The notes under the pieces: generated by a model
What the model saw: only the letters and a program-made list of their open reading frames with translations
Database searches by the model: none
What the model was told of the DNA's origin: nothing
Shown: one piece after another, positions 8,545-17,944 of the stretch
Position numbering within the stretch: the first letter of the stretch is position 1
Layout of the letters: each line of letters starts with the position of its first letter
IMG/VR virus record: IMGVR_UViG_641736125_000004
Location: 2,172-66,171 of that record
Length of the DNA stretch: 64,000 nucleotides
Strand: one strand, 5' to 3'
DNA from: a virus
Lineage: Duplodnaviria > Caudoviricetes
Translations under genes and position numbers: made by a program

Positions 8545-8876
8545 GATGCCTCCCTGATCCTGAACGCGCGCGGCTTCTGCGGGCGGGAGTGCTTTTCCGG
8601 CTCGGCGTGTGTCGCGGCGCGAAGGCGCTTGATCGCGTCCGCACACGTGGGTTCGTCTGGAATCGAGATCTGCTTCGCGGCAATGGTGTTGCCGTCCATG
8701 ATCAGATACTCGATATAGACGCCGTCCACGAGTGGCCGGCGCATGACGACATGCTTGCCGACGAGGATCGGCGACGTCGGAAGCTGGCGATCGCGTTCGT
8801 AACGGGCGACGGTCCGGGGCGACAGCGTGTCCCGGCGCGGGATGCCCGCGTGCTGTGCAGCGTTGATTCTGTGCAT
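8541..8876 (-). CDS. Hypothetical phage protein
   Basis: 111 aa with AAGGAG RBS upstream. Confidence 0.65.
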   Translation of the reverse strand: MHRINAAQHAGIPRRDTLSPRTVARYERDRQLPTSPILVGKHVVMRRPLVDGVYIEYLIMDGNTIAAKQISIPDEPTCADAIKRLRAATHAEPEKHSRPQKPRAFRIREAS

Positions 8877-8927
8877 GGCTTCATCTCCTTTACGCCGAGC
8901 GCGCAAGCCGTCCTCGGCGCGTGAGCG

Positions 8928-9146
8928 TCAGACGTTGGCGTGAAAGGTGGCGGGCTTGTCGGCGACGGGGCCGTTATCCAGCACGTTCGCCGCGATGATC
9001 AGGGCGGCGGCGGCAAAGACGCACTTGAACAGCAGCGACTTTTCCAAGTTACTTTGGCGGGCGGGTTCGGAGGGCGTAACGCGCGGGGCTTGCTCGTCGC
9101 GGAGCCAGTTCCGGCGGGCCTCAGCGTGAAGATCGGTCGGCTTCAT
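8928..9146 (-). CDS. Small phage protein with one hydrophobic helix (first gene of the left operon)
   Basis: 72 aa, GGAG RBS, hydrophobic stretch LLFKCVFAAAALIIAANVL. Confidence 0.6.
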   Translation of the reverse strand: MKPTDLHAEARRNWLRDEQAPRVTPSEPARQSNLEKSLLFKCVFAAAALIIAANVLDNGPVADKPATFHANV

Positions 9147-9188
9147 GGGGTAAATCTCCGGTTGAGCGTCATGTGACGCGACAGGTGG

Positions 9189-9232
9189 AGTATCCATTAA
9201 TGGAAAATGCCCTGTCAATCCATAAATGGATA
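9189..9232 (-). promoter_or_regulatory. PL-like promoter overlapped by two 16-bp palindromic operators
   Basis: On the minus strand, TTGACA (9218-9213), 18 nt, GATACT (9194-9189). Operators TATCCATTAATGGAAA (9191-9206) and AATCCATAAATGGATA (9217-9232). Confidence 0.75.
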
Positions 9233-9274
9233 AGTGCTCCCGGAATAATCCCCGCCGGGTTAGGCGGGGGCGCG

Positions 9275-9730
9275 TTATCGGGAGTTTCGTGGGGTCAGCA
9301 GCAGGGTTGCGGCGTGGCAGGTAAGGACTAGCGCCGCATCAAGCCACGCTGAAGTGTTTAGGTATGCTGCGGCTGCAATTCCGATCGTCGCGGTTGCGAG
9401 GATGCTGGCGGTTCCGCGTTGGCGGGCGAGCCGGTGTGAACGCTGATTCCGCGCGTATTCGATGCGCTCAGCCAATTGATGTGCGCCGGCCAAAACGTCT
9501 TCTGCGGTATCGGCGTCTACGCCTTTGGCGGAGATGGCGATTGTGCCGTCCTCGCGTAGAAGCACGGCAGCGGCGGCCACTGCGGGCGATCGATCGTGGC
9601 GCGCTACCAAATCGCGCAGAAACGCGCGGATGGCGGCCTGCCGAGTTCGTCTTCGTATCGTGGGCAGTTCGTAGACGTTATCGGTTTCGCGTTTTGGTCC
9701 CTCGGATGCGGGTTTTGTGGTTTTGTTCAT
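9275..9730 (-). CDS. Membrane-anchored protein downstream of the repressor
   Basis: 151 aa with two C-terminal hydrophobic segments. Lies between cI and the PL/OL region. Confidence 0.6.
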   Translation of the reverse strand: MNKTTKPASEGPKRETDNVYELPTIRRRTRQAAIRAFLRDLVARHDRSPAVAAAAVLLREDGTIAISAKGVDADTAEDVLAGAHQLAERIEYARNQRSHRLARQRGTASILATATIGIAAAAYLNTSAWLDAALVLTCHAATLLLTPRNSR

Positions 9731-10196
9731 CGCTCAACAATTCGTTCGATAATGGGCGTTGAGCGGCGGCTGACGCGCGCCTCTTCGATCCCGGCGTGGC
9801 CGGAATAACTTCTTCGATGGTCGTCGACCCGTCTTCCTCGGTGGTTGTGGCGGTGGTCTGACTCAGAACAAACTCGATATATCGCTCGATTGCCTTCTTC
9901 TCCGTCTCCGGGAGTTGGGCGTAGCGGACGCGATCGTAGTGAATTACCGATGCATCGTTCGCGTCGTCGATCAGCAGATCGGTAGGGGATATGCCGATCG
10001 CGTTAGCGAGAGATTCCACCACGCGCATCTGCGTGTCTACCTTCCCGGACAGGACTCGATTGACCGAGCTTTGGGAAATTCCGGCGCGCTTGGCGACCTT
10101 TTCTTGCTTGTCCACGTGCGGGTAGTGATCCATGTACCACCGCAGCTTGCGGGCCAAGATCATCCGAAGCGATGACTTCGTGGGCGGCGTTTTCAT
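9678..10196 (-). CDS. CI-like XRE HTH repressor
   Basis: KQEKVAKRAGISQSSVNRVLSGKVDTQMRVVESLANAIGI, divergent from a cro-like gene. No S24 peptidase domain is evident and the start codon is uncertain. Confidence 0.85.
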   Translation of the reverse strand: MKTPPTKSSLRMILARKLRWYMDHYPHVDKQEKVAKRAGISQSSVNRVLSGKVDTQMRVVESLANAIGISPTDLLIDDANDASVIHYDRVRYAQLPETEKKAIERYIEFVLSQTTATTTEEDGSTTIEEVIPATPGSKRRASAAAQRPLSNELLSDEQNHKTRIRGTKTRNR

Positions 10197-10253
10197 GCCG
10201 ACATCTTGCCGAATTTGGATAACCATTGGCGGATGGTTTGCCTTGCGTGTTGG

Positions 10254-10282
10254 TTGAATGAAATTCCTTAAATGGATAAACT
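10254..10282 (+). promoter_or_regulatory. PR-like promoter with operator
   Basis: TTGAAT, 17 nt, TAAACT. The operator ATTCCTTAAATGGATA (10263-10278) matches the OL palindromes. Confidence 0.7.
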
Positions 10283-10311
10283 CGCGGCTGGCCATTGTGA
10301 TTGGGGGCGTT

Positions 10312-10539
10312 ATGAAGACCGGAAGCGAGCCGATTCTTACTGCCGTGCTGCGGCATCTCGACGCGGCAAAGGGCGATTGGCCGGCAATTGCGAAGCAAAG
10401 CGGCGTGCCGTATCAAACCCTCGCGAAGATTGGTGGACGGGTCGTCTCAGACCCTCGCGTCTCGACCGTTCAGGCGCTTCTCGACTGCCTTGGGAAGCGG
10501 TGCGCTGGACAGCGTTCCTACAGTTCCGCCGCCGAGTGA
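10312..10539 (+). CDS. Cro-like HTH regulator
   Basis: 75 aa, WPAIAKQSGVPYQTLAKIG..DPRVSTVQALL. Confidence 0.8.
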   Translation: MKTGSEPILTAVLRHLDAAKGDWPAIAKQSGVPYQTLAKIGGRVVSDPRVSTVQALLDCLGKRCAGQRSYSSAAE

Positions 10540-10627
10540 GCCGATAGGCCCCTCGCGGGACAGAGCGAATCGTACGCCTCCCCCTCGAGCAGCAAAAGAT
10601 TGAAAACGACCGACCACCAATAGTTCA

Positions 10628-11155
10628 ATGACCTGCAGATACGACAGCACCGAATGGCTGGACGTGCTCTATACGTCCGTGCGCAACACGCCCGGCGGCG
10701 TAGCCGACGCCGCCAATCACCTGACGAACCGCCGAGGCAAGGGCATCACGCCGGAGTCGCTTCGTCTGCGCCTGCGCGGCGTCGGCGATAGCCGCCTCTC
10801 GATGGAGATGTTCGAGTTGCTGATCGAGTGGATGCAGGAGAAGAGCGAAGCCGAGGCGCACGCGCTCGATGCATTGCATGCGCTCAACGCTCGTTTCGGG
10901 CTTGTCGCGGAGCGCGTCGACGATCACCACGCGGTCGACGGCCATGAACCGGGAACGATGCATCTCGTGACGACGACGCTCCACTTGCAGGCGCACGTGG
11001 GGAAGGTCGCCGACGACGTGACGCGCGCGCTCGAAGATCAGCGCATCGACGATCGCGAAGCCGAGCAGATCATCGCGACCGGCCGCAAGGGGCAGCGCCT
11101 GTTCCAGCGGCTGATCCATGCCGCCCGTAACCTTGCTGCCCGCCGGCGTCGCTGA
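10628..11155 (+). CDS. CII-like regulatory protein (CP76-like)
   Basis: Follows cro. PGGVADAA..ESLRLRL N-terminus and D.RID.REA.QI C-terminus. Confidence 0.75.
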   Translation: MTCRYDSTEWLDVLYTSVRNTPGGVADAANHLTNRRGKGITPESLRLRLRGVGDSRLSMEMFELLIEWMQEKSEAEAHALDALHALNARFGLVAERVDDHHAVDGHEPGTMHLVTTTLHLQAHVGKVADDVTRALEDQRIDDREAEQIIATGRKGQRLFQRLIHAARNLAARRRR

Positions 11156-11156
11156 C

Positions 11157-11501
11157 ATGCAGCGATTCATGCCCGGCATGGGTTGCTGCCGCGTTGCGCG
11201 CGAGCAGGTGCAGTTGTGTTGCGAACGCCCGTATCAGCTCGCATGCGGCATTGCTGCGCTCGCGTACCGGATCGAAGTCGCTCCGGAGCAGGCCGGACGG
11301 TTGTTCGTCTCCCTGATCTCGACTTTCCCCGATCGCGTTGCGCTGTTTATCGAACGCGCCGCGTTGTCCTGCGCGGCACTGCCGACGAAGACTGAGCGCC
11401 ACGCGTTCCGCAATCAAATCGCGGGCCGTCTCAGTGCGGAGGATCTTGCGATCTTCGACGAATCAATGTCGACCGAGTGGCGACGCCTGCGTGGCAAGTG
11501 A
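11157..11501 (+). CDS. Hypothetical phage protein
   Basis: ORF directly after the CII-like gene. Start uncertain. Confidence 0.5.
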   Translation: MQRFMPGMGCCRVAREQVQLCCERPYQLACGIAALAYRIEVAPEQAGRLFVSLISTFPDRVALFIERAALSCAALPTKTERHAFRNQIAGRLSAEDLAIFDESMSTEWRRLRGK

Positions 11502-11508
11502 CAGGAGA

Positions 11509-11964
11509 TCAGGAATGGCCAATTTGCGTCTTAACGGCAGCCCACGCGAGCGATACGCCCGCCGACAAGGCGGTAGTGACGCCTTGCTTCAGCGCTTCGG
11601 TCGCGCCGTTCCTCGCGCTATCGACAAGATACGAGCCAAGCGTTTGCTTGCCTGTAAGGGACGACGGAGTGGCCTTGAGAATTTCAAGCGCTTTTGCGGT
11701 CAGCACCAATTCGCTGAAAGTCCCCGAATCGAGCTCCCTGTCGTAATCGATGTATCCGGCCCGTTTCAGCCATCGAACGGTATTGCAGAAGAATTCGAGG
11801 GCGGCCGCGATGTCTTGGTCGATGGTGCCGTCGCTGCGAAACATGTTTTCCGCATTGATGCCGTGGTCGCTCGCCGTGATTCCTGTTGCCACAGGGAAAC
11901 GCTCGTACAGGGTCGCAAGCAGTTCTGCAACGAGTAGATCAAATTTCTCAATATTCGAGGACAT
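11509..11964 (-). CDS. Moron-like hypothetical protein, antisense to the early operon
   Basis: 151 aa, lower GC, protein-like sequence (LYERFP..TVRWLKRAGYI..LVLTAKALEIL) with a winged-helix-like pattern. Confidence 0.7.
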   Translation of the reverse strand: MSSNIEKFDLLVAELLATLYERFPVATGITASDHGINAENMFRSDGTIDQDIAAALEFFCNTVRWLKRAGYIDYDRELDSGTFSELVLTAKALEILKATPSSLTGKQTLGSYLVDSARNGATEALKQGVTTALSAGVSLAWAAVKTQIGHS

Positions 11965-12487
11965 GATGAAGGGCTCCAGCGAAGGTTTGAAACAAGGGTT
12001 TGCGTATCGGGCAGAAGGATACTGGAAGAGCTGGTACGGCGACGCCGAAGTGCGCGCCGCGAGCCGCCTACTTGAAATGGCTGATCGCGATACCGCGATT
12101 GAGATTCTGTCCGCGCTATTCACCCGAATCTGCATCTGGGGCTTGGAGGCGCTGCGGATGGAATGTCCGAGGTGCGAGCTCGCGTCGGCCGTTGTCATTT
12201 CCACTCGGCATGCAGGCCCTCGCGCCGATCTTACGCTTGTCGAAATCTGCGACGCGTGTTTTCGCGGAACGATGAGCGGTAGCGAAGCTCGGGTCGCGGT
12301 GATCGGGCTTGTAGACCGGCACCCGCGTTCCGAGATCGTCGAGGCCGTCGAGGCACTTCTTATCCGCATCAAGGCTTTGGGGCGCGAGGCGCTTCGCCGT
12401 CGCTGCTGTGCCTATCGAGGCTGACCAGAAAAGCGACTTTGCAAAGCAGATGAGGTTCGCTCCGTCAGTTAGCACTGGAGACTCGAA

Positions 12488-12667
12488 GTGAATACGAACA
12501 GCACGAGCGGCGGCTTGCGTCGCCGAGCATCCCGCTACCGGCTCTCGCCGTCCGGGCAACAGCTCTACATCGCTGGACGGGCGCGTTGGCGGAACTACTC
12601 GCACCAGTTGGCGCACGATCGTCGCATGGCCGAGCTGGCCGGCATGTACGTATCGGACGCGCGGTGA
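12488..12667 (+). CDS. Small hypothetical phage protein (59 aa, below the ORF track cutoff)
   Basis: GGAG RBS, GTG start, open frame to TGA at 12665-12667. Confidence 0.5.
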   Translation: MNTNSTSGGLRRRASRYRLSPSGQQLYIAGRARWRNYSHQLAHDRRMAELAGMYVSDAR

Positions 12668-12683
12668 TGGACGGGGGTCAGCG

Positions 12684-13268
12684 GTGGAAAAGGATCACAA
12701 CGCATACAGGAGAGTTTATGCAAAAGGGTATTTCGATGGGCTCAAAGCGGCGAGGGCGGGCATGAACCCCGGCCGTCAGCAATCCATTCTGCGCGGCATG
12801 CCGTCTGTCGCGCAGAAGGTTTTCGAGTTCGTGCCGATTCAAGAATCGTGGACGACCAAGCAGATCGTGGCGCAGGTGAAAGCCACGACCAAGGCGCAAA
12901 TCGATTCACGAACGGCGGACAACTGCCTCGCGCGGTTGAAGGATGCCGGGCTCGTTCGCGAGGTCACGCGCGGCGAATTTCGACGCGTCCGGCTCGCGAC
13001 GTGTGGCGTCGAGGCCGATGCGGTCGACGACGCGGAGCCGGAAGTTCGTGCGCCCGTAAGCGAATCGCTGAACAGGCGCGACAGCAGCGCATCGCCGATC
13101 GATTTGCTGTCGGGCATCGCAAACCGCCTGACCGCGACCGTGGAATCGATACGCGAGATCGCCGTCGAGATCGAAACCGCCGCGCTCGTGATCGAGGAAC
13201 AGCAGGCGGCGAACGGCCGCGAGGCGGACAAGCTTCGCCAGTTGCAAGCGCTGCTCAAGACGCTGTAG
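12684..13268 (+). CDS. Hypothetical phage protein (wHTH plus coiled coil)
   Basis: 194 aa, AQKVFEFVP..CLARLKDAGLVREV. Confidence 0.7.
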   Translation: MEKDHNAYRRVYAKGYFDGLKAARAGMNPGRQQSILRGMPSVAQKVFEFVPIQESWTTKQIVAQVKATTKAQIDSRTADNCLARLKDAGLVREVTRGEFRRVRLATCGVEADAVDDAEPEVRAPVSESLNRRDSSASPIDLLSGIANRLTATVESIREIAVEIETAALVIEEQQAANGREADKLRQLQALLKTL

Positions 13269-13389
13269 CGACGCGAGCCAAGTTGCTTTGCGTTCGCTGC
13301 ATCGCATCTGTTTTTTCCCATTTCTTTCCCCTCGCCGTGCGTTCGGATTCGCGCGCGCGAGGGATTGCTTTCAAGAGGTGAATATCCCT

Positions 13390-15882
13390 ATGTCGACGCT
13401 CGATCAAATCATCCAGCAGCTCCGTAACGCCGATCATCCGGAACTGCCGTCCGGCCATCCGGTCGCGGACGGCAAGCATCATCGCTACGGCCCGCGCAAG
13501 AAGTACTGGTATCAGTTGCGCGAGGTCGTCAGCAAGGGCGCGGTGATCGGCTATACAGGCACGTTCGGTCACTTCTCCGGCGACGATCCGGGCACGGAGC
13601 GATTCCAGTGGAACGGTGCGCCGCTGAGCGAGGAAGCGCTCGCGGAGACGCGTCGCCGCCAAGAGGCCGCCGAGCAGGCGGAAGCGGAACGCGCGGCGCG
13701 TGCGGCGCGCATGGCCGCGAACCGCGCGTGCGACCAATGGGCGCGCGCGAGCGAACAAGGCGCGTCGGCCTATCTGGAACGCAAGCAGGTGACGGCCGAA
13801 GGCGTGCGGTTCGACTCGGACGGCACGATCTTCGTGCCGATGTATCAGTATGACGATGAAGCGCGGCTTGTGGGGCTTCAAAAGATCACGCCGGAAGGCG
13901 CGAAACGCTTCAACAAGGGCATGGAGAAGAAGGGCGCGGCCTGCCGGCTCGGCGAGGTGAAGGCGGACGACCAGCTCGTAATGATCGCCGAAGGCTATGC
14001 GACCGGCCGCTCGGTGCGCATGGCGACGGCCGAGGCGTTCGCGCTTTGCGTCTGTTTCGATGCGGGCGGGATCCTGTCGACTGCCCGCCATCTGCGCGAC
14101 GCGCATCCGAACGCGCACGTGCTGATCTGCGCGGACGACGACTGGAAGATCGAGCAGCGGATGCGCGACTGGCTCGCGGAGGAATTCGACTTCCGGGGCG
14201 AGCTGCCGTTCGATGCCGCGCCGATCCGGATCGAGGCGAAGAAGACGTGGTACATGGTCGCCGCGCACCGCCGCGTCGACGACAACGGCGTGGCCTACGT
14301 CGAGGTGACGTACGGTAACGACGTCCTGCCGCAGCGGCGCAAGCGCTTCGAGAACGCCGGCCTGAAACGGGCATACGAAGCGGCTGCCGAGGTCGACGGC
14401 GTCAGCGTCGTCTATCCGACGTTCACCGATCGCGGCGAGCGCAAGCTCACCGACTTCAACGATTTGCACGTCGAGGAAGGGTTGGAGGCCGTCACGCGGC
14501 AGGTGCAGGCGGCGATCCTGTCGATCCTCGCGCCAGCAAACGAAGACGTTCGCCCGGCTGCCGTCGACGCCGAGCGGTCGGCGCCGGCCGCGACGTCCGC
14601 TGCCGCAGGACCGGCGGAATGGGACGGACGCGAAGCTGAGAACGGCGCGCACACATGGGAGCAGGACCTCGCGCGGTCGGACAAGGGCACGCTGTTGCCG
14701 ACGCTCGGCAATGTCCACCTGATCCTCTCGAATCACAAGGCGTGGCGGGGTGTGATCGAGCAGGACGATTTCGGCGGTCGCGTGATGAAGCGCAAGGCCC
14801 CGCCGTTCCCGCAGGGCACCATCGGCGAATGGACGGACATGGACGATCAGCGCTGCGTGCTCTGGTTGTCGCAGCGGTACGGCATTTCGGTGCGCACCGA
14901 TATCGTGATGAACGCGGTGCTGCTAGTCGCGGACGCGACGCACTTTCACGACGTGCGTGAGTACCTGGAGGGGCTGGAATGGGATGGCGTGCCGCGCGTG
15001 CGCTCGATGCCGTCGACGTATCTGCGCGTGGCCGACAGCGAGTATGTGCAGTTGGCCTTCATGAAATGGATGATCGCGGCCGTCGCGCGCGTGATGCAGC
15101 CGGGCTGCAAGGTCGATAACGTGCTGATCCTCGAAGGCAAGCAGGGCGCGCGTAAGTCGACGGCGCTGAAGGTGTTGGCGGGCGGCCAATGGTTCACCGA
15201 TACGCCGATCCAGATCGGCAACAAGGACACCTATGCGGTGATGGCGGGCAAGTGGGTGATCGAGCTGGCCGAGCTGGATTCGTTGAACAAAGCGGACTCG
15301 TCGGCGGTCAAGAGCTTCTTCGCGACGGCCGTCGACCGGTTCCGGAACTTCTACGGCAAGCGCGCGACCGACGTGCCGCGTCAGTGCGTTTTCGCGGGCT
15401 CCGTCAACTTCGATACGTACCTCAAGGACGAGTCGGGCAACCGGCGCTACTGGCCGTTGCGCGTGGGCGGCTTGGTCGATATCGACGGCATCGCGCGCGT
15501 GCGTGATCAGTTGTGGGCCGAGGCCGTCCTCCTGTACCGCGCGGGCGTCGTGTGGCACGTGACAGAGCAGGAGCGCCCGCTGTTCGAGGTCGAGCAGGCC
15601 GAGCGGTACGAAGGCGACGTGTACGAAGACAAGATCGCGAAGGCGCTGGAATACGTGTCGCACACGACGATGGAATCGATCCTCGCGGACATCCTGAAGC
15701 TCGACACGTCGAAATGGACGCTCGCGGAACAGCGCCGTATCGGCAAGGCGCTGAAATCCCTCGGATGGGTGCGCAAGCGTGAGTCGACGGGCTCGCGTGG
15801 CTGGTACTACGTGCGCGAGGAGCAGGAGCCGGAAGCGGCGCTCGAAGCGGTCGCGGCAGGCGATGACGACAGCCCGCTTTGA
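13390..15882 (+). CDS. Primase-helicase (Toprim plus VirE/VapE-type P-loop domain)
   Basis: Toprim motifs IAEGYATG, CADDD and TDFNDL. Walker A LEGKQGARKST, ELAELD, and YLKDESGNRRYWP. Confidence 0.92.
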   Translation: MSTLDQIIQQLRNADHPELPSGHPVADGKHHRYGPRKKYWYQLREVVSKGAVIGYTGTFGHFSGDDPGTERFQWNGAPLSEEALAETRRRQEAAEQAEAERAARAARMAANRACDQWARASEQGASAYLERKQVTAEGVRFDSDGTIFVPMYQYDDEARLVGLQKITPEGAKRFNKGMEKKGAACRLGEVKADDQLVMIAEGYATGRSVRMATAEAFALCVCFDAGGILSTARHLRDAHPNAHVLICADDDWKIEQRMRDWLAEEFDFRGELPFDAAPIRIEAKKTWYMVAAHRRVDDNGVAYVEVTYGNDVLPQRRKRFENAGLKRAYEAAAEVDGVSVVYPTFTDRGERKLTDFNDLHVEEGLEAVTRQVQAAILSILAPANEDVRPAAVDAERSAPAATSAAAGPAEWDGREAENGAHTWEQDLARSDKGTLLPTLGNVHLILSNHKAWRGVIEQDDFGGRVMKRKAPPFPQGTIGEWTDMDDQRCVLWLSQRYGISVRTDIVMNAVLLVADATHFHDVREYLEGLEWDGVPRVRSMPSTYLRVADSEYVQLAFMKWMIAAVARVMQPGCKVDNVLILEGKQGARKSTALKVLAGGQWFTDTPIQIGNKDTYAVMAGKWVIELAELDSLNKADSSAVKSFFATAVDRFRNFYGKRATDVPRQCVFAGSVNFDTYLKDESGNRRYWPLRVGGLVDIDGIARVRDQLWAEAVLLYRAGVVWHVTEQERPLFEVEQAERYEGDVYEDKIAKALEYVSHTTMESILADILKLDTSKWTLAEQRRIGKALKSLGWVRKRESTGSRGWYYVREEQEPEAALEAVAAGDDDSPL

Positions 15883-15946
15883 TCGCGTTCGGCGCGCCGC
15901 GATGCTGTTCGCGGCGCGCCGCGTTGCCCGCTTTGGCGCGCCGTGG

Positions 15947-16086
15947 ACGTCCCGTGTCCCAGCGTCCCAAAGCACGGCTTCGTGTGCGGGTGCGGGCGCG
16001 CGACATGCGCGACGTGAGCGGCGCATGTCGCGGGCGCGCGCGCCCCTGCAAGCCTTTTCCCTTGGGACATTGGGACGTTAGGACGT
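15947..16086. repeat. Inverted GTCCC/GGGAC iterons, putative phage origin
   Basis: Three GTCCC units (15947-15970) face TTGGGAC, TTGGGAC and TTAGGAC (16062-16084), around a CGCGACATGCGC..GCGCATGTCGCG dyad, just after the primase-helicase. Confidence 0.6.
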
Positions 16087-16099
16087 TAAGGAGAAAGCG

Positions 16100-16873
16100 A
16101 TGATGGATCTGATGGAGCGGGCGGGCGTCGCGATGAGCGTGCGTGGTCAGTTCACCGACCCGATTGCCGATCCGAAAGTTACTTTGGGCGCGCTCGCCTT
16201 TGCGAACGATCTCGGTCGGTTGCTGGTTCGGATCAAGGTCGCGCAGCAGGCGAAGCCCGAAATGATTCGACGCGCGATGCTGCTGTTGGCGCAGATGATG
16301 CGAACGTCGGGGCGATTCAAGCGCGGAAAGTTTTCCGGGTTGAAGCGCGATGAGCGCCGCGAACAACGCGCCGGTCATGCGGTCGAGCGTGCGCAAGTGG
16401 ATGTGATCGAACGATTCGCGCTGCGGCTGCTCGACGAGTGGGTCAACGACCAATGTGGGACGTGCGAGGGCCGTGGCGTTGTTCGGCGCTCAACCGAACA
16501 ACCGAAGGCGACGATACGGTGCCTCGTCTGTGCAGGGCACGGGAAGGTATGTGTCGCGGAGGAGCGGATTCCGTTCTTTCACGGCCGCAATGGACCGCTG
16601 GTATTTAGGGAGTACGAAGGATGTGACGTTTGCAGCGGTGTGGGGCGCGTGCAGATCGCTGCGCCCGCAACTATTCACGGGCGGCAGATTTGCCCTGATT
16701 GTGGCGGGGCCGGTAAGCGGCCGATCGAAGAAGCGGCGCGAGCGCAGGCCCTTGGTGTGACGCTCAAGGAGTATCGGCGCAATTGGTCGTGGCGCTTTCA
16801 CGACATGCTTGCGCTGCTCGATGCGATCAATGGCTCTGTGAATGACACGCTGCGCTGCCAATTGCGAGAATGA
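16100..16873 (+). CDS. Q-like late antiterminator with DnaJ-type zinc finger
   Basis: Four CxxCxGxG repeats. Lies between replication and packaging modules. Confidence 0.7.
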   Translation: MMDLMERAGVAMSVRGQFTDPIADPKVTLGALAFANDLGRLLVRIKVAQQAKPEMIRRAMLLLAQMMRTSGRFKRGKFSGLKRDERREQRAGHAVERAQVDVIERFALRLLDEWVNDQCGTCEGRGVVRRSTEQPKATIRCLVCAGHGKVCVAEERIPFFHGRNGPLVFREYEGCDVCSGVGRVQIAAPATIHGRQICPDCGGAGKRPIEEAARAQALGVTLKEYRRNWSWRFHDMLALLDAINGSVNDTLRCQLRE

Positions 16874-16879
16874 AACGTC

Positions 16880-17076
16880 TTCCATTCCAAGAGCGGATCG
16901 CGTAAACTTCGCACATCCTTTACCGCGTCACTGGATATTCGCTGGCACCGCGCGTTAGTCGTGCAAACCTCTCGGGACAAAACAACGATACGAGGAGCCC
17001 GTTAGGTCGTGTGGGGGCGTTCGTCCCTACGAAATGAATTCCAAAGCCCTGAGTGCGAAAGCCCTCGGGGCTTTTT
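16880..17076 (+). promoter_or_regulatory. PR'-like late promoter, leader and terminator
   Basis: TTCCAT, 17 nt, TAAACT (16880-16908), then the hairpin AAAGCCCTGAG..CTCGGGGCTTTTT (17043-17076). Confidence 0.5.
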
Positions 17077-17092
17077 GCATTGGGGCGCTGAA

Positions 17093-17281
17093 ATGCGAAG
17101 CGAGTCGGCCAATGGCGGGCCGGGTGAAGTCTGGTCCGCGTGGGATGAGGATCGAAGCACGGGGCGCGTGACCGCGCGCGGTTTCGTATTCGACGATGCG
17201 ATGGACCGCATCGTGTGGGCGATGGACCGAGCGGGCGATCGCGCGGTCGCGGTGCTCGCGGTCGGGGTCGACGCTGCCTAG
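17093..17281 (+). CDS. Small hypothetical protein
   Basis: 62 aa, MRSESANGGPGEVWSAWDED.., first ORF of the late region. Confidence 0.4.
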   Translation: MRSESANGGPGEVWSAWDEDRSTGRVTARGFVFDDAMDRIVWAMDRAGDRAVAVLAVGVDAA

Positions 17282-17291
17282 AAGTTAGGCA

Positions 17292-17376
17292 GGGGACCCT
17301 ATGGTGCGGGCGCACGCGGGGGTGCGCACCCGCGCTTTTTCTCTACTGTTGAATGACCTAGGGGGGTCATATTCAT
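17292..17376 (+). other. Predicted lambda-type cos site
   Basis: GGGACCCT (compare lambda cosQ GGGTCCT), then ACGCG-GGGGTGCGCACC-CGCGCTTTTTCTCTA (compare lambda ACG-GGGCGGCGACCT-CGCGGGTTTTCGCTA), immediately upstream of terS. Confidence 0.75.
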
Positions 17377-17944
17377 GCCAACCCAACAACAAATCGCCGA
17401 GCATCTCGATCTCGATCAGTCGGCCGTTTCGCGGTTCGTCGACAAGGTCGGGCTCGACTATCGCTCGGCCACGATCGACCAGATCCGGATTGCCTACGTC
17501 CGGCACCTGCGCGAAATGGCTGCCGGCCGCGCGAGCGAAACCGGCATCGACCTCGTGGCCGAACGCGCGATGACCGAACGTGTCGATCGCGAAATCAAAT
17601 TGCTGACGCTGGCCGAGAAGAAAGGGCAGTTGGTCAACGCAGCGCAGCTTGAGCAGGCATATGGCCAGATGGTCGGTGCCTTTCAGACGGAATTGCTCGC
17701 GCTATCCGACAAGCTGGTGCAGGAACTGCGCGCGCTGTATGACGTTGAAATTGACCTCGAATGGTTGAACGAGCATATGTATGGGTGTCTTGAACAGCTT
17801 TCTGGATACGAGTCAGACGGTTCGGGCGGTGATCCGGCGGATCGCGCAACTGCTGCGTCCGCCGGAGAAGATCGGGACGACGGACTGGGCGCGCAAGCAT
17901 CGCCGGATGAGCGCGAAGGCGACGGCGAGCCCAGGCCGCTATAA
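17375..17944 (+). CDS. Terminase small subunit (Nu1-like)
   Basis: N-terminal HTH PTQQQIAEHLDLDQSAVSR and coiled coil ending KKGQLV, upstream of gpA. Confidence 0.85.
   Translation: MPTQQQIAEHLDLDQSAVSRFVDKVGLDYRSATIDQIRIAYVRHLREMAAGRASETGIDLVAERAMTERVDREIKLLTLAEKKGQLVNAAQLEQAYGQMVGAFQTELLALSDKLVQELRALYDVEIDLEWLNEHMYGCLEQLSGYESDGSGGDPADRATAASAGEDRDDGLGAQASPDEREGDGEPRPL

Noticed and set aside
11750-12424. + strand ORF of up to 224 aa
   Set aside because: Its 5' part overlaps the better-supported minus-strand gene. A shorter gene from about 11963 is possible but unsupported.
17781-17944. Long terS/terL overlap as a recoding signal
   Set aside because: The terS tail is low-complexity and the terL start is uncertain. 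Overlaps are common here and no slippery site was identified.
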